Source: an uncultured bacterium
GTDB taxonomy: Bacteria; Patescibacteriota; JABMPQ01; CAVVCK01
Length of the DNA stretch: 64,000 nt
NCBI GenBank assembly: GCA_963746775.1
Contig: CAVVCK010000001.1
Location: 483,151 to 547,150, forward strand
Reading direction: 5' to 3'
Shown here: positions 40,350 through 48,300 of the stretch, in pieces
How the letters are laid out: the number at the start of each line of letters is the position of its first letter
How positions within the stretch are numbered: the first letter of the stretch is position 1
The notes under the pieces: model-generated
What the model saw: only the letters and a program-made list of their open reading frames with translations
Told to the model about the DNA's origin: nothing
Databases searched by the model: none
Position numbers and translations under genes: made by a program

Positions 40350-40872
40350 AAAATATCTGTTATTAGATACTAATATTTTAGTTGATTCTGCAAAATATAA
40401 AGATAATTTTAAGCCTTTTTATGCTGAATTAAAAAAGCTTAATGTTGCTCCCGTGATAGACAGCTCAATTAAGTTAGAATTTTTAAGGAGTGCAAATAAT
40501 ATAAAAAATTTACAAGAAAAAATCTGGTGTTTAAATGTTTTATTGGGTAGTCAAAAAGACAGACTAGAACTTCCAATTACTGACGAAACGCTTATAGATG
40601 CTAGAAAGCTATCTAATTTATATCATCACTTAAAAATTAAGAAGAAGAAATCAATATCAGTAGTAGATTGTTTATTAGCTGCTCATTTAAAAAAATATAT
40701 TAATAATCTTTATCTAGCTACATCTAATAATAGTGATTTTACTACTAAAATATTTGATAGAATTCATATATTTAATATAGGAATAAACGATGAAATTAGG
40801 AATATTGGTATCTATAAATACTCGGAAAAGAAATACCTAGAAGTTTTAGAAAAATTCAAAAGAAGTAAATAA
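40330..40872 (+). CDS. PIN-domain nuclease (VapC-like toxin), long form
   Basis: ATG preceded by AGGAGGAAG. N-terminal LLDTNILVD. Mid DCLLAAHL (the D-x-LIAA motif). C-terminal LATSNNSDF (the T-x-N-x-DF motif). The track start at 40312 is TTG. Confidence 0.45.
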   Translation: MLKEIARKYLLLDTNILVDSAKYKDNFKPFYAELKKLNVAPVIDSSIKLEFLRSANNIKNLQEKIWCLNVLLGSQKDRLELPITDETLIDARKLSNLYHHLKIKKKKSISVVDCLLAAHLKKYINNLYLATSNNSDFTTKIFDRIHIFNIGINDEIRNIGIYKYSEKKYLEVLEKFKRSK

Positions 40873-40874
40873 AA

Positions 40875-40906
40875 AACCCGCTAAACAGCGGGTTTTAAAA
40901 TTCTTC
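40875..40906. terminator. bidirectional intrinsic terminator (AAAAACCCGCTAAACAGCGGGTTTTAAAA)
   Basis: GC stem flanked by A- and T-runs, between convergent genes. Confidence 0.55.
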
Positions 40907-40915
40907 AAATTATTT

Positions 40916-42112
40916 TTAACTATTATACTTCTCTAGCGCATCTTTTAATAATTCCATCGCATGAGCCAAGTCTTCAGACTTAAGAACATAGGCGATTCTT
41001 ATTTCATCTAATCCTAGTCCTGGTGTGGCATAAAATCCGGGAGCGGGGGCTATCATTACCGTTTCTTTATTATTTTCATATTTTTCTAATATCCATTTAG
41101 CAAAATCTTCTGAATCTTTAATGGGAAGTCTGGGTAGAGCATAGAAAGCACCTTCAGGTTTAAGACAAGTAACTCCATCTATCTTTTGTAAATATTCATA
41201 AACGGTATTTCTTCTTTTTCTATATTCTTCTACAACTGGTGGAACTAATTCCAAAGAATTTTCCAAAGCTGGTACAGCAGCCAATTGTTCTATTGTGGCT
41301 ACTGATAATCTTGCTTGACCGAATTTTAAGGCGCAGGCAATCACCTCTTTGTTTTTAGAAGCCAGACAGCCGATTCTAATGCCGCAAGAACTAAATCTTT
41401 TCGAAATACTATCTTGAATAATTACTCTATCCTCTACTCCTTTAATATCGAGCATGCTAGTCACTCGACCCTCTCCATCTAAATTAAATTCTCTATAAGT
41501 TTCATCTGATAAAATGAATAAATTATGTTCAATGGCTATATCAGCGATTACTTGTAATTCTTCTTTAGTGTAAACGGTGCCGGTGGGATTATTAGGATTA
41601 CAAATTATTATTGCCTTCGTTTTATTGGTAATTTTTTCTTCTATTTTTTCTTTGGTAGGCAATCTAAAACCATCTTCGACGCTAGTTTTGACAGGTACTA
41701 CTTTACAGCCGACTACTGAAGAAAAGCCATTATAATTAGTGTAAAAAGGTTCGAAAGTTATTACTTCCTCATAAGGATCACAGGTAATAGCCATAGCAAA
41801 AGCAATAGCCTCACTACCGCCGGAAGTGACAATTATATCTTCAGCTCTCAAATCTATTTTATTGTCTTGATAATATTTCTCCCAAGCAGATTTACATTCA
41901 GCAAGACCATCTGAGGGAGCGTAAGCCACTGATTTTTCATGGAATTTTTCTATAGCTTCTCGAATTACAGAAGGAGTTTCAATATCAGGCTGGCCGATAT
42001 TTAAATGGTATACTTTTACTCCTCTGGCCTTAGCTTCGTTAGCAAAGGGAATTAGTTTTCGTAAAGGAGACGACTGGGCCTCGGCTGCACGTTTTGAAAC
42101 TTTTGGAGACAT
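40916..42112 (-). CDS. PLP-dependent class I/II aminotransferase (aspartate/aromatic type)
   Basis: 398 aa. PLP-lysine context SISKRFSSCGIRIG. N/D ... Y ... motifs of fold type I. Confidence 0.75.
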   Translation of the reverse strand: MSPKVSKRAAEAQSSPLRKLIPFANEAKARGVKVYHLNIGQPDIETPSVIREAIEKFHEKSVAYAPSDGLAECKSAWEKYYQDNKIDLRAEDIIVTSGGSEAIAFAMAITCDPYEEVITFEPFYTNYNGFSSVVGCKVVPVKTSVEDGFRLPTKEKIEEKITNKTKAIIICNPNNPTGTVYTKEELQVIADIAIEHNLFILSDETYREFNLDGEGRVTSMLDIKGVEDRVIIQDSISKRFSSCGIRIGCLASKNKEVIACALKFGQARLSVATIEQLAAVPALENSLELVPPVVEEYRKRRNTVYEYLQKIDGVTCLKPEGAFYALPRLPIKDSEDFAKWILEKYENNKETVMIAPAPGFYATPGLGLDEIRIAYVLKSEDLAHAMELLKDALEKYNS

Positions 42113-42230
42113 AATTTTTTATTAATTTATATTATAGTATCATACGAATTACTGTTTATTATAAATTTCTTCGGATCTAATGTCAAAAAACTTATTAACA
42201 GGTATTATTAAGAAGTATAAAATATAAAAA

Positions 42231-42277
42231 TACGCCCCTGTAGAGGCAGGTTTTAAACCCGTCTCTACAGGGGCGTA
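42231..42277. terminator. long near-perfect palindrome (TACGCCCCTGTAGAGGCAGG-TTTTAAA-CCCGTCTCTACAGGGGCGTA), bidirectional terminator-like
   Basis: 20-bp arms with an A-run upstream and a T-run downstream. Separates the Cys-rich peptide gene from the aminotransferase gene. Confidence 0.5.
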
Positions 42278-42300
42278 TTTATTAAAATTGCTTGTTTAGC

Positions 42301-42408
42301 TTATTCTTCATCATCTCCACCACAACATCCTCCACAATCATCACAGCCACCATTAAAGTCACAACAACCGCCGCCGAAACAGCAGCCTCCACCTATTAAT
42401 TTTTTCAT
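42301..42408 (-). CDS. 35-aa Cys/Gly-rich peptide (MKKLIGGGCCFGGGCCDFNGGCDDCGGCCGGDDEE), metallothionein-like or RiPP-precursor-like
   Basis: Strong SD GGGAGGTGA 8 nt upstream of ATG. 11 Cys in 35 residues, including four CC pairs. Acidic tail. Own terminator downstream. Confidence 0.5.
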   Translation of the reverse strand: MKKLIGGGCCFGGGCCDFNGGCDDCGGCCGGDDEE

Positions 42409-42419
42409 ATTTATCACCT

Positions 42420-42556
42420 CCCTCGTGTTAATTTATTAATATAAAATAAAATGCGTCCTCTCCCTTTATAAAAGGGAGAGCTAGAGAGGGATTTTTACTA
42501 CATAATTTTGTGGTATAAATCTCCCTCTAACCCCCTCTTTTGTTTAAGAGGGAGGA
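42420..42556 (-). promoter_or_regulatory. structured leader: three consecutive stem-loops built from GGGAG/CTCCC units between the permease and the Cys-rich peptide gene
   Basis: In minus-strand sense the stem-loops are CCTCCCTCTT-AAACAA-AAGAGGGGG, TAGAGGGAGATTT-(24 nt)-AAATCCCTCTCTA and CTCTCCCTT-TTATAA-AGGGAGAG, followed by a U-rich stretch and then the SD. Confidence 0.4.
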
Positions 42557-43510
42557 CTAAAGGACTTTTTCCAGAAAATTAAATAAATAGCCTATCAATA
42601 TTATACCAAATCCGACAATTGTAAAGAATATGGCTAATAATCTGCCTCTCATAATTCTTTTCAATATTATACCCTCGGGTAGGGAAAGTCCAGCGATAGA
42701 CATCATAAAAGCCAGGGAAGTACCCAGTGGTACACCGTTAGCTGTAATACTGAAAATTAAAGGAACAACGGTAGAGCAGCCGGCGTAAATTGGAATACCG
42801 ATTATAACGGCTACTGGAACAGCTAGAAAATTATATTTTCCAATAATATTCATAAAAAAATCTTGAGGAACATAGCCGTGAATAATAGCTCCAATAGCTA
42901 CACCTCCTAGGACGTATAGAAATAGTTTTTTGAAAGTTTTTTTCCCTTCTTTCAGAGAATATTTAATTTTTTTAGAAAATTCTTGAGGAAGAGTTTTGAA
43001 TTTTTTATCTTTATTATTATCATTTAAGATTATCTGATCATCCATTCTAAGAGATCCTAAGATCATGCCAGCTACTACTCCCAGAATAATTCCAGTTAGG
43101 GCGTAAATAATAGCCAATGTCCAACCAAATAATTCCCCCATCAAAACAAAGGCTATTTCGTTAACTAGAGGTGAGGTAATGAGAAAAGAAAAGGCAATTC
43201 CCATAGGAACTTTTGCCTTTATAAAACCAATAAATAAAGGGATAGAAGAGCAGGAACAAAAAGGAGTAACTGAGCCAAAAAGAGAGGCAATAATATTTCC
43301 TATACCAAATTTTGATTTAGAAGCAGCTTTTTGCACTTTAGAAATTGGAAAATATGTACGTACGAAAGCAATAATTGAGACAACTATAAAAATTAAGAAT
43401 AATATTTTTAGAGAATCATAAATAAAGAAATTGAGAGCAATATCGAGCTTTGATTGTTCGGATAAATTTAGAATATTGTGAGTAATGAGATTAGCGATAT
43501 ATTGAAACAT
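42557..43510 (-). CDS. DUF318/ArsP-type permease with vicinal-Cys TPFCSCSS motif
   Basis: 317 aa, about 8 TM helices. Motif VTPFCSCSSIPLFIGF is characteristic of the YraQ/ArsP predicted-permease family. Confidence 0.6.
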   Translation of the reverse strand: MFQYIANLITHNILNLSEQSKLDIALNFFIYDSLKILFLIFIVVSIIAFVRTYFPISKVQKAASKSKFGIGNIIASLFGSVTPFCSCSSIPLFIGFIKAKVPMGIAFSFLITSPLVNEIAFVLMGELFGWTLAIIYALTGIILGVVAGMILGSLRMDDQIILNDNNKDKKFKTLPQEFSKKIKYSLKEGKKTFKKLFLYVLGGVAIGAIIHGYVPQDFFMNIIGKYNFLAVPVAVIIGIPIYAGCSTVVPLIFSITANGVPLGTSLAFMMSIAGLSLPEGIILKRIMRGRLLAIFFTIVGFGIILIGYLFNFLEKVL

Positions 43511-43644
43511 GGGAGTAGAATTTATAAATTATAATGTAAAATGTAAAATTAATTATAAAACATTATTATTTTAATGTAAAAAATGTTTTGATTATTCTAT
43601 TTTCTTTGCTAATATCTACTTATAAATTTCGAATTCAAAAATCC

Positions 43645-44103
43645 GAATGACGAATAAATGACAAAAATAAAAAATGCCTAAGATAAAATATGATCTTGAA
43701 GAAAGGACGGCTATATTTGGTGAAAATATAATAAAATTTACAAGAAAAATACCAAAAGACCCAGTAAATATTTCTTTAATAAGTCAATGCACTAGATCTG
43801 GTACAAGTGTTGGAGCTAATTATCGTGAAGCAGATGATGCACAATCTGGTAGAGATTTTTTACATAAAATTAGTATATGTAAAAAAGAATCTAGAGAGAC
43901 AAAACATTGGCTTAGGATGATTGTAGAATCGTCACCAATCTTAAAAGAAGAAGCAAGAATATTATATAAAGAAGCTCAAGAGTTAAATCTAATCTTTGCA
44001 GCAATTATTAGAAATAAAAAAGAAAATGATTTAGTGAAAAAGCGTAAAAAGATTAGTCATTGAATCATTAAATAATTTATTCTTCATTCTGGTTTATTAA
44101 TTA
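43645..44103 (+). mobile_element. four-helix-bundle (IVS-protein) gene cassette bounded by conserved end motifs (CGAATAAATGACAAA ... TTCATTCTGGTTT)
   Basis: The same end motifs bound an ORF-less 77-bp copy at 57246..57322. GAATGAC ... GTCATTC inverted at the extremities. Confidence 0.5.
43674..44063 (+). CDS. four-helix-bundle protein (23S rRNA intervening-sequence protein family, TIGR02436-like)
   Basis: SQCTRSGTSVGANYREADDAQSGRDFLHKISICKKESRETKHWLRMI matches the family core (RSGTSVGANY.EA ... F.HKL.IA.KE.RET.YWL). Confidence 0.7.
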   Translation: MPKIKYDLEERTAIFGENIIKFTRKIPKDPVNISLISQCTRSGTSVGANYREADDAQSGRDFLHKISICKKESRETKHWLRMIVESSPILKEEARILYKEAQELNLIFAAIIRNKKENDLVKKRKKISH

Positions 44104-44117
44104 GTCATTCAAATTAA

Positions 44118-45185
44118 ATGTCTTTACAAATCGGCATTGTAGGGTTGCCCAATGTTGGCAAATCAACCCTATTCCAAGCCTTAACTAAAAAACAAGTAGA
44201 TAGATCTAATTACCCCTTTTGTACCATTGATCCAAATGTAGGGGTTGTTAAGGTACCTGATTTTCGGGTAGATAAATTAGCAGAAATATCTAAATCGGCT
44301 AAGAAAATTTATGCTACAGTAGAATTTGTTGATATTGCTGGATTAGTGAAAGGTGCTAGTCAAGGAGAGGGTTTGGGTAATAAATTTCTAGCAAACATAA
44401 GGGAAGTAGATTTAATTTGCTATGTATTGCGCTGTTTTAAAAATGATAAAATTATAAAGCATGATTCCAGTCAAGATCCTATATCTGATAAAGAAATCCT
44501 AGATGCAGAAATGGCTCTGAAAGATTTGGAAACTTTGGATAAAAGAATATCAGGACTAGAGCGCGAAGCAAAATCTGGTGATAAAGAGAAAATATTTGAG
44601 CTTGAAGTAATAAAGAAAGCAAAAGTTATCATTGAGCGTGATCAAGTTTTATATAAAGAAGATTGGGAAAAAGAAGAGAAGAAAGTATTGAAGCAATATG
44701 AATTTTTGACTTTCAAACCTAGGCTATATTTATTAAATGGAAATAAAGATGAGATTGATGAGAATGTAATTCAAAAATTTGAGAAAAATAATTGGCCCTA
44801 TTTAATAATAAATATATTGGAAGAATTTGATGCTATTGGATTAACTGTCGATGAGCGCAGGGAATTAGAATTACCAGAAAAATTAGAAATGGATAATTTA
44901 ATTAAGAAGGCTTATGAGAAGTTAGGCTTAATTACCTTCCTAACCACGGGTGAAGATGAAACTAGAGCTTGGACTACAGATAAAGGATCTAGTGCACCTC
45001 AGGCTTCTGGTGTTATTCATACTGATTTTGAAAAATATTTTATCAATGCGGAGGTGGTGAGCTATAGTGATTTGGTTGAAGTGGGTGGATTGGTTCAGGC
45101 TAGAGAGAGAGGATTAGTTCGAACTGAGGGGAAAGGTTATATTGTAAAGGATGGGGATGTAATTGAGGTAAGGAGTGGGAAATAG
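44118..45185 (+). CDS. ychF: ribosome-binding ATPase YchF
   Basis: GIVGLPNVGKSTLFQALT ... NYPFCTIDPNVGVV. C-terminal TGS domain. 355 aa. Confidence 0.85.
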   Translation: MSLQIGIVGLPNVGKSTLFQALTKKQVDRSNYPFCTIDPNVGVVKVPDFRVDKLAEISKSAKKIYATVEFVDIAGLVKGASQGEGLGNKFLANIREVDLICYVLRCFKNDKIIKHDSSQDPISDKEILDAEMALKDLETLDKRISGLEREAKSGDKEKIFELEVIKKAKVIIERDQVLYKEDWEKEEKKVLKQYEFLTFKPRLYLLNGNKDEIDENVIQKFEKNNWPYLIINILEEFDAIGLTVDERRELELPEKLEMDNLIKKAYEKLGLITFLTTGEDETRAWTTDKGSSAPQASGVIHTDFEKYFINAEVVSYSDLVEVGGLVQARERGLVRTEGKGYIVKDGDVIEVRSGK

Positions 45186-45188
45186 ATG

Positions 45189-45235
45189 GAGACAGGTTTG
45201 AAACCTGTCTGTACGGGTAAAGGCCTTATTTTTTA
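45189..45235 (+). terminator. intrinsic terminator after ychF (AGACAGGTTTGAAACCTGTCT ... T-run)
   Basis: Perfect inverted repeat followed by TTTTTT. Related in sequence to the 42231 palindrome (CAGGTTT-AAACC core). Confidence 0.5.
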
Positions 45236-45367
45236 ATGTTTAAAGATTTTAAATTTATTCATTATTTTGGAGATATAATTATTTATATTTCCATTTTATT
45301 GATAAATTGGAGATATGTTAAATTATATTTCTAAATCAAAAAAAGCAATCATCATGATTGCTTTTTT

Positions 45368-45443
45368 TGGTGGGCGCTGAGGGGCTCGAACCCCCGACCC
45401 CCTCGGTGTAAACGAGGTGCTCTACCAACTGAGCTAAGCGCCC
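45368..45443 (-). tRNA. tRNA-Val (TAC), CCA encoded
   Basis: Reverse complement GGGCGCTTAGCTCAGTTGGTAGAGCACCTCGTTTACACCGAGGGGGTCGGGGGTTCGAGCCCCTCAGCGCCCACCA. Confidence 0.85.
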
Positions 45444-45573
45444 ATTTCGCCCCATAAGGGCGTATGTTGTAGTTGTTGTAATTGTTCAATCGTTCACTCC
45501 GCTTGCTTGTTCTAATTGCACATTTAAAACACTAGAACAAATAAAACATTTCGAACATTCATCATTGCCGAGG

Positions 45574-45655
45574 ACAGGACTTGAACCTGCACAGCCTTTC
45601 GGCTACTACCACCTCAAGGTAGCGCGTATACCAAATTCCGCCACCTCGGCTTGGA
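45574..45655 (-). tRNA. tRNA-Leu (GAG), long variable arm
   Basis: Reverse complement GCCGAGGTGGCGGAATTTGGTATACGCGCTACCTTGAGGTGGTAGTAGCCGAAAGGCTGTGCAGGTTCAAGTCCTGTCCTCGGCA. Confidence 0.8.
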
Positions 45656-45690
45656 GGCCGAAATATATAATATTATAACAAAAATATAAA

Positions 45691-46332
45691 TTACTTTTTA
45701 GCTTTTTCTTTCTCTTTTTTAGGATTTTCTTCTTTTTTCGGCTCTTCTTTTTTGGATTCTTCTTTCTTAATTTCTTTTTCTTTGCTTTCAGGCTTCTTTT
45801 GAGGTTCCTTAGATTTATCTTTAGGTTTTTCTGCTTTAGTATCTTTATCTTCGGATTTAGCTTCTTTCTTGTCTTCAGCCTTTTTCTCTCCTTTAACTTC
45901 TTTTTCTTTCTTAGGCTCTTCTACAGTTTCGTCAAATTTTAATTTTTCTAAATCTTTAGGACTTAATTTAATTTCTTGAAGTCTTGAATCTTTTTCTTTC
46001 TTATCTCTTAAATAATATAGTCTGGCTCTTCTTACTTTACCTCTTTTAACTACTTCAACTTTTACAATACTTGGCATATGAATTGGAAAATTTTTTTCGA
46101 CTCCAACGCCAGAAGCAGTTTTTCTAACCAAAAAACTACCATTCATACCCTTGCCTCCACGAATTCGTAAAACTACTCCTTCAAAAATCTGAATTCTTTC
46201 TTTGTCACCCTTTTTTCCTTTGGCGTTGCTTTCTTCTTTAATTTTTTGATGTACGCGAACAGTATCTCCAGGCCTTATAGCTGGAAAAGTTCTTTTAATT
46301 TGTGTTTTTTCAAATTCTTGTATTATGTCCAT
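45691..46332 (-). CDS. rplS: 50S ribosomal protein L19 with ~100-aa Lys/Glu-rich C-terminal extension
   Basis: RPGDTVRVHQKIKE ... ERIQIFEGVVLRIRGGKGMNGSFLVRKTASGVGVEKNFPIHMPSIVKVEVVKRGKVRRARLYYLRD matches L19. The tail is K/E low complexity. Confidence 0.8.
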   Translation of the reverse strand: MDIIQEFEKTQIKRTFPAIRPGDTVRVHQKIKEESNAKGKKGDKERIQIFEGVVLRIRGGKGMNGSFLVRKTASGVGVEKNFPIHMPSIVKVEVVKRGKVRRARLYYLRDKKEKDSRLQEIKLSPKDLEKLKFDETVEEPKKEKEVKGEKKAEDKKEAKSEDKDTKAEKPKDKSKEPQKKPESKEKEIKKEESKKEEPKKEENPKKEKEKAKK

Positions 46333-46336
46333 TTTC

Positions 46337-46870
46337 TTACTTAAAATTATTTGCTCTATTTAAAATAAGCTCTGAAATTTCATCCGGAGATTTATTTTCA
46401 GAGTTAATAACTAAATCATAGTAGGATTTGTTGCCTATGTCAATATTATAATATTTTAAATATCTTTCCTTTTCGCTTCTTTCTCTCATCTTGGTTTTTT
46501 CTTTCATTTCTACCAGATCTTTGTGTTCTCTTTGGATGACTCTTTTTACTCTGGTTTCAAAAGGGGCTTCAATCCATATTTTTAATGATTTTATTCTATT
46601 TTGGCTGCATAAAGCACCAATGAGCCTTCCTTCCAAAATAATATTTTCTTTATGGCGGGCATAATCAACCATTCTTTTATCCAATTCACGATCAATAGAA
46701 TCATCTGATTCAGCTATTTTAGAAAGACCCAAAATATCTGTATTCCTTTCTATAGCCATTTTATCCCATATTTGTCCAGCATCAATGTGTTGAATTTTTA
46801 ATTTTCTGGATAGTATTTTGGATACAGTAGAAGTTCCGCTGCCAGCTAAACCTCCGATTGTTACTTTCAT
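46337..46870 (-). CDS. cmk: cytidylate kinase-like P-loop NMP kinase
   Basis: MKVTIGGLAGSGTSTVSKILSRKL P-loop. 177 aa. Confidence 0.6.
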   Translation of the reverse strand: MKVTIGGLAGSGTSTVSKILSRKLKIQHIDAGQIWDKMAIERNTDILGLSKIAESDDSIDRELDKRMVDYARHKENIILEGRLIGALCSQNRIKSLKIWIEAPFETRVKRVIQREHKDLVEMKEKTKMRERSEKERYLKYYNIDIGNKSYYDLVINSENKSPDEISELILNRANNFK

Positions 46871-46886
46871 ATATTTGTAATTTCTT

Positions 46887-46916
46887 GTAGGGGTTCAAAA
46901 TTTTAAACTCCTACAG
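46887..46916. repeat. repeated palindromic hairpin TGTAGGGGTTCAAAATTTTAAACTCCTACA, copy 1
   Basis: Near-identical to the perfect palindrome at 48955..48984. Overlaps the stop of the RluA-family gene. Confidence 0.5.
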
Positions 46917-47558
46917 GCTTAATTTATTTAGATAATTCTTCAAGTCCTGTGGTAAGTCTATTTCAAATTCTTTAATTTCTTTTCCTAAACTTAATTTTAA
47001 ATAATAAGAATGCAGAAAATGTCTATTAATAGGAAAAGGCTCTTTTAAATTTCTAAAAGTATATTCATGGTCACCAACAAGAGGATGACCGATCATTTTC
47101 ATATGTTGTCTGATTTGGTGCATACGGCCAGTCTTTATTTCTATATTAAGCAGGGTAAAATCTTTAATATATTTTAAAACTTTATAGTAAGTAATCGCCT
47201 CTTGTTTATTAACTCTACCCTTTTTAGCAATAGCATAAGTGATAACACCCGATTCGTTTTTAACTTTACCATAAACTAAGGCTTGATATCTTTTTTCAAC
47301 TTTTTTATCTTTGAACTGATTTAATAAATATTCGTATGTCTTCTGATTTTTAGCACAAATAACTAAGCCAGAGGTATCTTTATCTAAGCGATGAACTATT
47401 CCTGGTCTAAATTTTTCGCCCACGTTTTTAATAGCTGGATAATAATCTAACAGAAAATCAACCAGTGTTCCAGCTTTTGTATATTTATCTGGATGAACTA
47501 GGATACCAGGTTTTTTATTTATAACGATAACATTAGTATCTTCGAATATAATGTCCAT
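46911..47558 (-). CDS. RluA-family pseudouridine synthase
   Basis: Catalytic HRLDKDTSGLVICAKN motif. 215 aa. Confidence 0.7.
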   Translation of the reverse strand: MDIIFEDTNVIVINKKPGILVHPDKYTKAGTLVDFLLDYYPAIKNVGEKFRPGIVHRLDKDTSGLVICAKNQKTYEYLLNQFKDKKVEKRYQALVYGKVKNESGVITYAIAKKGRVNKQEAITYYKVLKYIKDFTLLNIEIKTGRMHQIRQHMKMIGHPLVGDHEYTFRNLKEPFPINRHFLHSYYLKLSLGKEIKEFEIDLPQDLKNYLNKLSL

Positions 47559-47576
47559 TTTTATTATTCAAAAATG

Positions 47577-47648
47577 CGTCCAGAAGGATTCGAACCTTCG
47601 ACCTTAGGCTTAAGAGGCCTCTGCTCTACCAACTGAGCTATGGACGCG
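47577..47648 (-). tRNA. tRNA-Lys (CTT)
   Basis: Reverse complement GCGTCCATAGCTCAGTTGGTAGAGCAGAGGCCTCTTAAGCCTAAGGTCGAAGGTTCGAATCCTTCTGGACGC. One G-A mismatch at 27:43. Confidence 0.8.
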
Positions 47649-47724
47649 TGGGGAAAATGTTGTAATTGAGAAAATTGTTCTAAATGTTCTAATTGCACAT
47701 TTACAATAGTGATAACATCTTATT

Positions 47725-47795
47725 TGCCCTCGACAGGATTCGAACCCGTAATTCTTGGTCCGAAGCCAAGCGTGATATCCATTTCACCACGAGGG
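47725..47795 (-). tRNA. tRNA-Arg (TCG)
   Basis: Reverse complement GCCCTCGTGGTGAAATGGATATCACGCTTGGCTTCGGACCAAGAATTACGGGTTCGAATCCTGTCGAGGGCA. Confidence 0.75.
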
Positions 47796-47921
47796 CAATA
47801 ATATAGGATTAAGTTAACACGAAAAAAATATTTTATCAATAATTATTGTAAAATTAGATATTTAAATAATAAAGAAAGTATAATTGACACTTATAGCCAA
47901 ATAAACAATAATATCTAAGCT

Positions 47922-48296
47922 ATGAAATATCTATATAGCATAAAAAGAAAAGTAGTAGAGGGTAATAAAATAGCTAGAACTTTTGGTTATCCAACAGCTA
48001 ATTTTAGGTATTATAAAAGAGACAATAAATTAGAGAATGGAGTTTATGTTATTAGACTTAAAATTACTAAAAATTATTTTCAAGGGCTAGCTTTTATAGG
48101 AAAACCAAAGACCATAGAAGCTGATAAGAGGATTGAAATATTTATTTTAAAATTTAGGGGTAATTTGTATAATAAGATTATAAAAGTTAAATTTTTAAAA
48201 AGAATAAGGGGAGTAAAGAAGTTCAAGGATGTTAAAGATTTAAAATTGGAAATTCAGGAAGATATAAAAAAAGCAAAAAAGTTTTTTAAATGTTAA
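47922..48296 (+). CDS. monofunctional riboflavin kinase (flavokinase domain)
   Basis: GNKIARTFGYPTANF (the G.K.GR.LGFPTAN motif). 124 aa. Upstream of ribE and ribH. Confidence 0.55.
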   Translation: MKYLYSIKRKVVEGNKIARTFGYPTANFRYYKRDNKLENGVYVIRLKITKNYFQGLAFIGKPKTIEADKRIEIFILKFRGNLYNKIIKVKFLKRIRGVKKFKDVKDLKLEIQEDIKKAKKFFKC

Positions 48297-48300
48297 ATCA

